Origin: Azolla caroliniana
Taxonomy: Eukaryota > Plantae > Polypodiophyta
Assembly (NCBI GenBank): GCA_043228905.1
Contig: JBHGNT010000009.1
Span: forward strand, 10,664,001-10,728,000
Direction of reading: 5' to 3'
Length of the DNA: 64,000 bases
Part shown: one piece after another, positions 22,325 to 33,200 of the stretch
Layout: each line of letters begins with the position of its first letter
Position numbering within the stretch: the stretch's first letter is position 1
The notes under the pieces: model-generated
Told to the model about the DNA's origin: nothing
The model's database searches: none
The model's input: the letters and a program-made list of their open reading frames with translations, nothing else
Position numbers and translations under genes: made by a program

Positions 22325-24231
22325 GATCCACTATATACTATACATATAGTATACATTGTACAATCTCTCCCTCCCACTCTCTCTCTCACATCTGTGGTCT
22401 CGACTCTCTCCCTCTCTCTCTCCGCCCCCCTTTGTGTAGTCTCTCTCTCTCTCTCTCTCTCCCCTCTGTGTAGTTTCTCTCTCTCTCTCCCCCCTCTATG
22501 TAGTCTCTCTCTCTCTCTCTCCTTATCTGTTGTCTCCCTCCCTCTCTCTCTCTCTCTCTCTCCTCGTTTGTGTAGTTCTCCCTCACTCTCTCACACACTC
22601 TCTCTCTCTTTCCCCTTGTCTGTTGTCTCCCTCCCTCTCTCTCTTTCTCTCTCTTTCTCTCTCTCCCCCTCTCTCTAAAGTTTATAAACGGCTTAAACGG
22701 CTTGAGCCGGTTTGGCGAGGCTCAAGCCAAGCCAAGTCGAGCTCAAACCGTTAAGGCAAGTTCAAGACTAAACCGAGCCGTTAAGCCGCTTTAAGTCGGC
22801 TAAGTCAAACGGTTTAGGCTTGAGCCGAGCCGTTGCCGATCCCTAGTCAGGCACATACAAGAGAGTTTGTCGAAAAAGCAAACCATCATGCCAACTGAAC
22901 TGGGTGTAGTCTAGACGAGGATTTTGAGATTAGGAGCTGGAAGCACGATCTGGGATAATATGACTCAAAACCTCTTGGGCAAATGCATTGGTCGCAATCT
23001 ACTCCCGAATGGAATCAAGAAGCCTTGAATCTCCCGGTATGTTGATAGTATGTATTGTCATTACTCGTAGATGATCAGGACCTAAGAGGATTTGCTTTTG
23101 ACTTTCAAATGCGGCCTCTCTTGGTTGAAGTTCCATATACGAACGTCGAGATAAAGCATCTGCTTTTCCTTGTTGCATCCCAGGGCGATATAGAATTACA
23201 AAATCAAAACGAGTTAAGAACTATGACCAATGAGCTTGTTGACGATTCAAGACTCGAGCACTTTGGAAGTATGTTAGATTTTTGTGATCATTGTAGACAA
23301 TAATCTACTGAGAAGAACCCTCCAAAAAATGATGCCATTGTTGAAAAGAATCCACAATGGCAAGAAGCTCTTTGTCGTGAATCTCATAGTTGATTTCTGC
23401 GGCTTCAAATTTCCGTGAGTGAAAAGCCACAGGGTGTAGTTCGCCATCTTCGCCAATCTGGGATAGTACACTTCCGAGTGTGAAATTAGATGCATCAGCT
23501 TCAAGTATAAAGCGCCTCATTAGATCGACATGCATTAAAATTGGTGCAGATGTAAACGCTTGCTTTAAACCCTCAAATGCAGAGTTCACATCTATACCCC
23601 ATACAAATGGTTGATTCTTGCGCGTTAGTTGAGTGAGGGGCAATACAATCTTTGAATAATCTTTGATGAACTTGCGATAAAAGTTTGCGAACCCCAAAAA
23701 ACATTGTACATCTCGCACAGACTGTGGTGTTTGCCAATCCAAAATTGTTTGAACCTTTGATAGATCCATAGAGATGCCATTAGAGATGCCAATCCAAAAT
23801 TGTTTGAACTAGTCTTTAGCCCTTAGCCTACTCATTGTAATCTTGTTTCATCATAATATAATCTCATTTCTATTTCAAGTCTTATCTCTCTCACTCTATC
23901 TCCTACCCATGAGTCTTGACAGTTTGAACCGAATGAGTTGAAATGAATGTATGGACACTTATTTATAGATCCTTATGGAGTATTCTAGAATGTTCTAGAA
24001 TATTTTAGATTTTTATGATAAGAAATATCATCATGAAATATTAAAGGATGTTCTAGAATAATCTAGAATGTTCTAGAATATTCTAATATCTCGTAATAAT
24101 TAAAAATATAATTATTATAATCACACAACATATATGTTATTACAATGGTTAAGGGTTCAACACATAGACCAAGAAGTTGTGGGTTTAGAATGATTCTTGA
24201 TAAGCCAAAATGTTGTCTTCATAACATGACA
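20280..24231 (-). mobile_element. internally deleted, rearranged chromovirus (Ty3/gypsy, Tcn1-like)
   Basis: 3' LTR 20280-20751 with adjacent PPT; partly inverted 5' LTR ~23811-24231; 5-bp TSD CCAAT (20275-20279, 24232-24236); RT thumb/RNaseH 23274-23769, integrase 21320-22114, C-terminal chromodomain (YEVTAILDSK...YYLIDWLSYTPNDRTWE) in 20752-21423. Confidence 0.92.
22102..22845. mobile_element. hAT-type MITE with a (CT)n-rich core, inserted in the chromovirus pol
   Basis: TIR TAGGGATCGACAACG / CGTTGCCGATCCCTA; 8-bp TSD GTTAGGCA / GTCAGGCA (1 mismatch); subterminal AAACCG/CGGTTT motifs. Confidence 0.88.
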
Positions 24232-24700
24232 CCAATGTTGTATTTCGAAATCAAGGCGGCTTGCCTTTTTTGTATATTCTGGAACCAAGGTTGCCACAAT
24301 GTTGTATTTTGGAATCAAGGTGGTGTGTCTTCTTTGTATATTATTGGCCATATCAATATAGTTAATTTTGTAATCTCAAATCAACATTTGAATGTCATTT
24401 TGGTTGTATATGACTCAATGTGAATTTATTTCATTCTCGATTCATACCTATATAAACTGTGTATGCAATGCTTTAGTAAAAGCCAATTTCTTGGTTGGGG
24501 TTCTTCAAAGAGTTGAAATAATCCTCTCCTAGTGTTGCATACGCCCTAATAAGTCAATAATGAAGAATATAGGCTTTGTGAACACTACACTAAGGTACAC
24601 AAAGTAATCTACAATAATGTTATACGAGGAGTTCAAGATTATGTTCGAAATCCTCACAAATTTTCAACATTCCAAATTTTCCAGTGACGAGCTTGACTCA

Positions 24701-24970
24701 TTAATGAGGAGCCCGACTCATATCAAAACTAAAAGAGGGAGCTCTACTGATTAATGAGGAGCCCGACTCATATCAAAAGAGGGAGCCCTACTGATTAATG
24801 AGGATCCTGGCTCATATTAAAGGAGGGAGCCCTATTGATTAATGAGGAGCCTGACTCATATCAAAGGAGGGTGCCCTACTGATTAATGAGGAGCCCAGCT
24901 CATATAAAAGGAGGGAGCCCTACTGATTAACGAGGAGCCTGACTCATATCAAAGGAGGGAACCCGATTGA
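24701..24970. repeat. 44-bp minisatellite, 6 copies
   Basis: Consensus ttaatgaggagcccgactcatatcaaaggagggagccctactga at 24701 (6-bp insertion), 24751, 24795, 24839, 24883 and 24927. Confidence 0.9.
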
Positions 24971-25604
24971 TTTATAGGCAGGTGCCCAACTACGTGAAAT
25001 GATGGCATTGCAACAATCAGACTAACGATCACACTAAATTGATTCACTGCTAGCCACTAATTCATTCACTAAGAGCTGAAATCATTCACTTCATTCACAG
25101 TCTATTAATCACTCGCACTGTTTTCATTCACTATAGAGATTAATCAGACCACAGATTCAATCATTCACGAACAATTGGCATTCTCGATCATTCATTAAGA
25201 GTTGAAATCATTCTCGAAGTGCTAAAATCATTGAAGAAATTGAAATCATCCACTTCATTCATGTGCATTATCGATTATGTTCGAATTCATTTGAACTTCA
25301 ATCATTGGCATTCATTTGAGTTCATTCACTTTATTCATTGGCATAATTACTCACATTCCCTTCACTCGTCGTAGTAATCGACCACAACCATTTATGGAGA
25401 GCACAATGCATCATGGTGTCTTTGCCATGTTGGAAGATGAATTGGAGGATAAATCATGGTCGTCCGGTGCATCGTTTGTATTTGAGGTCTCAAGGTTTTG
25501 TATCCATGTTTATCCTTTTGTTGGAAGTTAAAATCTATATAACTTTTGAGGTTCATTTCTGACATTGTGGTGGTAATAGTGTCAGTAACTATTGGTGGAG
25601 TCAT

Positions 25605-26524
25605 ATCTTCTTATGTTGGCGCACGATCCATAGGTAGAGTATTCCATGGTATAAAGTCAAATAATAAAGAAAAAGCCCAAATTATGAGAGTTAACTTTAC
25701 TTGGAACATGAGTGAGTTGCATATTAAAGTGACAATCAAACATAGCCCAAATGGTAAGAGCTAACTTTACTTGAACAAAAGTGTTAAGGGCTCGATGCGG
25801 ATTAGAAGGATCATAGGGTAAAAGATCTACAATTGCAAAAGACGAGAATTCATCATGTTGTAACTTGTAGATGCGAAACTATCATATAATAATTGTGGAA
25901 GCTAAGTGGCCATCTAGGGAGAAGTAGTGCTTGCCATTCTATTTTTATTTGGCAAATGAGCTTTTGAAAGCTGGGCACAAAGGTACGGTCAACAACATAT
26001 GGTTAAGTGTTTGATGATGACAATTTTACACCTTTTAGACTATTACGACACCATGAACACATTTAGTAATTAAGGTGTTGAATTAAATACCACTATTATG
26101 ACCCTTTAAATGTAAATGAAGTGTAAAGTGACAACATACCCTAAACCAAATGTCGAAACCCTAAAAAAGAAAGAAATCAAAGAAGAACAAAACCAAAAAG
26201 AAAGAATTCAAAGAGGAAAAGGATTTGAACCATAGACCTAACATACCTTAGGAAAAACTATAACCACTACCCTATTCACTCTTGTTTTATATATTGTTGT
26301 TTTATTCTTTATTAGTTTTAGTTTTTTGAGAGTCGGGCTCCTACCCAAAGTTGGTCAGGCTCCAAGTGGCAGAGGCTGTTAGATAGTGGGGCTCCTTGTG
26401 ATAGAGTTGGGCTCCTGGTGACAGTCGCTGTCAACTTTTTATCCACATTGGACGGTGGCGATTGCATGTGCCATCAACGGTGCGTCCTATATCGTCCGTG
26501 CCCACGATTCCCTCACTTGCCCTC
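25605..26524. repeat. dispersed repeat, copy 2, upstream of the NERD-domain gene
   Basis: Homologous to 12147-13912 in the same orientation, but lacks the ~650 bp corresponding to 12720-13368 (junction gaaagct|gggcacaaagg near 25972). Confidence 0.7.
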
Positions 26525-27040
26525 TTTAATTTTTGGTTGTAGTTAGTCACGAGCGTATACACATATATGTATGTGTGTATATGTATATATGTATGTGTGT
26601 ACATGTATATGTAAACGAATGGTTTTATAATATTCTTGGGGCCGTTTTCTATTCTCGAATATCTCGAATATTACGGATGTCGAATACCACGAATATTGCG
26701 CATGGGTCAATCTATGAGTGGCCCTTTGGTTTGCTCTATACCCTTTTTCCTATGATTGATTGAGCTTGGTGTCCTTGTTAACTTATTTCCTCCTATGTGC
26801 TCCCCACATCACGACAACACTTTTTTAGACAAAGATTTGACGGTGCAGATCACACGTGCCCTTGGAAACGTGCCGTGCACTGTCGTCCGTGGCTGTGCTT
26901 CCCACGCTAGGGGCTTCTTATAATTTGGAAGCAAATCGACAACGTCGGTACATACATACATACATACATACATAAGATACAAACATACTTAACATACATA
27001 TTACAGATAGATGATACACACACGTATCGCATAGAACAAT

Positions 27041-27160
<120 letters not shown>

Positions 27161-27222
27161 GATCTATGAAGAATAATGCGAGACATCGAAGACCAGAAAG
27201 AAGCATCAACAACAGCAGAAAC

Positions 27223-30200
27223 ATGTGGCGCAATCTGGTGGTTATGGTTTCAGTCTTCCGAGTAATCCGCATGTTGTTCCAGAGCCATCGTCCAGCTAAT
27301 TGCCGAAATGGACCTTCCTGCCTCCTCAACCTCACTGTAGCCAGAGTGTGAGTTTTCCTTTGTAGGCGATATATGTATGCATCTATTTTGTTCTTCCCTT
27401 ATATTGAGGGCACATGTATGTTTGTTTATGTTTACTTATATTTGGATGTATGCATATGTGTATGTTCTTGTTTGCATCTTAGTAAATATTTATGTACATA
27501 CCTAGCTTATTGTTTATGATAGTGCATCCATATTTACCTGTTCTTGTTTGCATATATGTATGTGTGTAGTGTGTACATGTATTTAAGTTATTGTTTGTGA
27601 TAGTTAATCCATCTACACCTGCTCTTGTTTAATGATCTTTAACTACTTAGGGTACCCTTTTATGTATGGAATATGCTTGTTTATTATTGTTACAATAGGG
27701 TGCTCATTATGAGGACATGCCATTGCATGAAACCGGGTGTCTCCATATTCACCTGAGAGTTTACATGTGATTTTTAACTATTTGGGTTTGTCAGAACTAA
27801 TGATGAGTTCAATGATATGCGAAATCTATTGAACTCTGTTGGTAATAGGTATGCATAAATTTCATAAATTTATTAGCAGATTGGATAAAAATGTTAATAC
27901 ACAATAACTTTGGCTATTGGGAATCCTGTAAATGCATGATGGAGGTTAGCTCCTTCATAAGGAATATGATTGAATTCTATTGGTAACAGGTATTTATATG
28001 TTTCACAATGTGATTAGCAGATTTGATGAAATAATAGGAAAAGGTAAATTCCAAGGTTCCATGATGGAAGGTAGATCCTTCGTATTTTGTTTGTTAGCAC
28101 TTGTTGGAAGAAGTACACTAAGTATATCTTTTCATCCAGCTATTTAAATGTCATATTGTTCTTGTTGGCTTGAAATTTAGTTGTGTATACTGCAGGAGAA
28201 TTATTAGTGTGCTAGATGGCTGTACTTTTTGTCGGAAGTTAATATGTGTGAAGATAGTACTCATGGATATCATTATATTCGTGAATAGTTGTGGAACTAA
28301 TGTGGCATCAACAGTTTTAAAATATACATAAGGAATGACTTGAGAGATTCTGAAAATTGAACCCCAAACATGTTTTGATTGTTTTCCTCTCTGATCAGAG
28401 TAACAAAAGCTATATCCATTTTGGAATTCTAGAATGGTTATGTTGAAGATCGATGACAGAATTCTTAACATTTCCACCTAAATAGGATCATGATTCGTGA
28501 GACACATTTTTTGTTTGCTTTGATTCTTGAGACCAGTGGATTTCTTATATGTAAATGATTGTAGTTGAAGAAGATAGCCTTCTACGATAGAGATGGTCTA
28601 GTGTCTAATTGAAAAGGGCAGCCTTTTAAATATGGAGACAGTTTGCTCCTATTGCAAGCTTTTTTACAGATTTCAAGTTGTGCATGGAGGAAGTATATAT
28701 CAGTCTTTGCGTATCCCCGACACAGGTGGTCGTGGCTTTCAAGTCCTTGATGCCCTCCTTCTAACTGATAGGTGAGAAGCTTCACCAGATTTGTGATTAA
28801 TTGAGGCATGAAGTTGAATATTATATGAAAAAAACAAATGATTTTGCATGCAGAGAACTATATGTTTTCTCCATTCAAACTCTCTCGGGAACTGTGAGAA
28901 TCCGTGATGATGGAACTTGGTTGGTGACAGACTTGAATGGGAATGCAATAGTGCATCCAAATATGGTTAGTCACATGTATTTTTTCACCTACTCATGTCT
29001 TATGAACAATATAGAGGTTTTGTTAATGCATTGCAGAAAAACTACTTCTCTTTAGAAGAAATAACACAAACTTTGTAACTGCATGATGGAGTGAGTTAAT
29101 AGTTCCAATGTAGGTTCTAAGATCGTCAGTTTTGTTGTTCAACTAGGGTCTCATCGTTGATCACACATTAAGGGTAAGGTTAATTCTGAGGCAAATGAAA
29201 GGGTCAGGAATGATGTCAAAAGGGCTGAGGAAAATGTTGGAGGGTGCCAGCTCCAGACCTGCACTCTCTTGCTTCAATATTATCTCTCTTCCTAGATTCT
29301 TCTCTCTCTAGAATGTGCAACTCTTTAAATGCCTTCTCTCTCTAGAATCTACAACCCTTTAAATGTCTTCTTTCTCTTCCATCTTTTCCAAGATATTCCC
29401 TTTTATTCGTAGTTTATTGTACCTCTTTGGTAGTAAAAGAGTCTCTCAACTACCAAACAATCATTCCCAATTTTGTCTATGGAATGTAGTCAATGGTAGT
29501 GAAAAGAAACCATCGGTAACTTCATCCTCTTCAACCAAATCAGTTGCTGGTTTATCTAACGTTGAGATTGAAGCTTGGCTATATAAGGATTCTTGTGCTC
29601 ATGCTTTACTCAATTTCAAGATACAGATGAAGAGACAGCCATCAAAAAGAGGTATCATCGAGCTAATCATGCTCAAATGATAGCTATTGAGAGCCAACTA
29701 GAAAATCTCAAGATTCATGATACTCCCAACATCAAATAACGCAATTTGTTACTCTCCAAAAGGAACTAGTTTCTTTGGGAAGCAAGTCAACGAAGCTGAG
29801 CTTGTGCATCGTCTAATGATAAAGTTGCCTGAGTCATTCTCAGCCTTTTGTGACACAATTTCTCTTCTTCCCAACACACTTGATATGAATACATTTCTTG
29901 GCATGCTACAAGACAGGGCAACAAGGAAGAAAAGTGCTCAAACTTCCAATGAGACGCTTCTACATGCGAAAAGTAAAGGCAAGTGGAAGCAAAATGGCAA
30001 CTCCTACAACAAATCCAATCGAAGACCACCAAACAACCCAACCTACAAGGAGCTCACTAGTCATTATTGTGGCTACAAAGGTCACATTCAGGTTGACTGT
30101 TGGAAAAAGAAAAGGGACAATGCCAAGACATCTTCTTCTATTGAAAGTCAACCTACATCAAAATCTAACTTGGTCCACTCAGCCAAAGAAATAGTTTTGC

Positions 30201-33200
30201 TTGGCATTGAGGAACATTCTTCACATTTGGTTGGAACAACTACCTCAACCATTTATGAGTGGTTAGTAGACAGTGGTGCCACTGCACACATGACTTATGA
30301 CAAATCCAGTTTGCATGATGTGAAACCTAGCTCCTCCCAAATCTGCATAGGAGATGCCTCAAACATTGAGGCTTCGTATGTGGGTAATGTCTTTCTTAAC
30401 ACTTCGTCAAATGACGAACTTGCCGTTCTTCAAGATGTGCTACACGTGCCTCGCATCTCTGCCAACCTACTCTCAGTCTACCAAATCACTAAGCAAGGTT
30501 ATGGAGTTTACTTTGATAACGAAGTTTTTGAAGTCATTGACACCAACAACCTACAAATTGTAGCTAGTGGCACACAAGAAGGGGGTTTATACAGCCCGAA
30601 AAATTCCCACAGCCCCTTGGAAAAATCCAAATCTCATCTTCTTCATCTTCTTCAAGGCTCTCATGCCAAGGTGGCACAAGAAGATCCCACGTTGTGGCAT
30701 CTAGGTTTGGTCACCTCAACCACGATTCTCTACAAAAGCTCTCCTCTTCACGACTAGTTGAGGGTTTGGCTATTTTCAAAACTCCCAATACCCCATGTGT
30801 TGCTTGTCTTCATGGCAAGCAACATTGAGAGCCTTTCCCTCATGAAGCCACTCACCGTGCAACATCTATGTTGGAGTTAGTGCACATGGATCTTTATGGT
30901 TCCATGAAAACCACTACTCTTGGTGGTGCATGCTACTTCATGCTTATAATTGAGGATTTCTCCCGTAAGGTTTGGGTTTATTTTCTTGTAGAGAAATCTC
31001 AAGCCTTCACCAAATTTCAAGAATGGGTAGCTCTTGTTGAGAATGAGACATCAAAGAAAGTTCAAAAGATCAGGTCCGACAATGGTGGAGAGTTTATCTC
31101 CCAAGCATTCCACCATTTCTGCTCTCAACAAGGCATTGCTCGCCAATTTTCTACACCTAATACTCCTCAACAAAATGGAGTTTTGGAAAGGAAGAACCGC
31201 ATAGTCCAAGAGATGGTTCGTACAATGATATCTCAATTTGATCTTCCTCTCTTGTTTTGGGGTGAAGCTGTCAACACAACAAGCAGTCTACATCAACTGC
31301 GGCCCAACAAAAGCAGTTGCTGCAATGACCCCTGCAGAAGCATTTACGGGTGTAAAGCCCTCAATATTTGTGTGAGAAATGCTATTAATAGCAGCAGTGG
31401 AAGAGTTAGAACAAAATAGACACAATCAAGCTGTGAGAAGGCTGTTAGACAGCAGTAGAAAAAATGGTTGCAAAGAGTAGAGACAGCCAAAGAGTTGTGC
31501 TTGTTTGTAAGTAGCAGCAGAAAATAATCTTATTACAAAAGAGGCTGGTATAAGCCTATTTATACAAAATTGGGAATGGTTGTTTGGTAGTTAAGAGACT
31601 CTTGAAGGCAACACGAGGATTAGGGTTTAGGTCAAAAATAGAGAGGGAGAGAGTCTGAGTGAGAGACAAAGGGAGAGAGAGATGCATGCTGTCTCGGGTA
31701 CAAAGAGTGTACCTCCTTTTTTGGGTTTTAGATATTATGTATATACAAGTCAAAAGTGTGCTACGAGTGCGTTCACACTCGTGCACTAATAGAAGGCATG
31801 ATGGCCCTTTATTCCCAACAACCTCCCACCTAAAGGCAATGTGCCATGAGAAAAAAAAAGTCAGCTAAGTCCAAGTATGTACAAAGCTGAACTACATACA
31901 TCTATCCAACTCCCATCATCTGTCGGCAATGAGCAAATCGCTCAGCTGGAAGTCCCTTCGTGAGAAGATCTGCAGGATTATTATTTGTATGTACTTTGAC
32001 AAGCTCAATGTTCTTGCTGTCAAGTACATCTCTGATGAAAGACAGGATTCCGAGCTAGCATGATAGCACTTTGGTTGTCACAATGAAGAATAGGTAACTC
32101 TGTAATGCCAAGATCTCTCACTAGATATGAAAGCCATAAAGCCTCTTTGCATGCCTTAGTGGCAGTAACATACTCTGCCTCTGTAGCAGACAATGCAACA
32201 CACTTCTGTAGTCTGGAGGTCCAAGAGACTGCTCCTCCCGTGAAAGTAAACACATACCCAGAAGTAGACTTCCTGCAGTCTGCGTGACCAGCATAGTCCG
32301 CATCCGTAAAACCAACGACAGATGCCTTTTGCTTTCCAAAGCAAATACACAAGTCCTTTGTGCCTTTGAGGTATCTCATAATACCTTTCACCGCTTCCCA
32401 ATGCTTTTTTCCAGGATTTGCCATGTACCTACTAACCACTCCCACTGCAAAGGCAATATCAGGGCGTGTAGCAACCATCGCATATATCAAACTGCCAACG
32501 GCTGAAGCATATGGAACCTTAGCCATTTCAGCCTTCTCATCATCAGATGTAGGGCTGTCTTCTGCACTAAGTTTCAAATATGGAGGCAATGGAACCCCAA
32601 TTGTTTTCCCCCCCTCCATATTGAAACGCTGCAAAACCTTAGAGATATACTCCTGCTGAGATAGAAAGAGTACCCTTTCAACCGGTTTCGGAGCATTCAC
32701 ATGCCAAGGATGTTATTTGCATCACCAAGATCCTTCATATCAAAGCTGCCATGAAGGCTTTGCTTCAATGAATCCAAGGCATGAATATCCTTGCCAGCAA
32801 TCAACATATCATCAACATACAAAACCAAGATAATCAGGCTGCCATCTCCTGCCTTCTTGGTGTACAAGCATTGGTCCACTTGACTTCTATGAAAACCTTG
32901 AGACTGCATAAATGCATCAAATTTATGATACCATTCTCTTGGTGCTTGTTTCAACCCATACAAACTCCTAGCTTACAAACCATCTTCTCTTTGCCTTTAG
33001 CCACAAAACCTTCAGGCTGCTGCATATATATGTCTTCATGTAGATCGCCATGTAAAAAGGCGGTCTTCACATCCATTTGTATGAGCTCCATATCTTCAGC
33101 TGCAACTAAGCCCAAAATGATTCTTAATGTAGTCATCTTGACTACATGCGAGAAGATCTCATCAAAATCAACTCCATATTCCTGCTTGTATCCTTTTGCA

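Noticed and set aside
22229-22678. Leu/Ser-rich 149-aa ORF (likewise the CV/RE-repeat ORFs at 26907-27335)
   Set aside because: Translation of (CT)n or (CA)n microsatellites.
24701-24970. CRISPR-like array of 44-bp repeats
   Set aside because: The whole unit repeats; there are no variable spacers.
27166-27222. Upstream in-frame ATG as the NERD gene start
   Set aside because: The MW start at 27223 matches the recalled family N-terminus; the 19-aa extension cannot be excluded but is unsupported.
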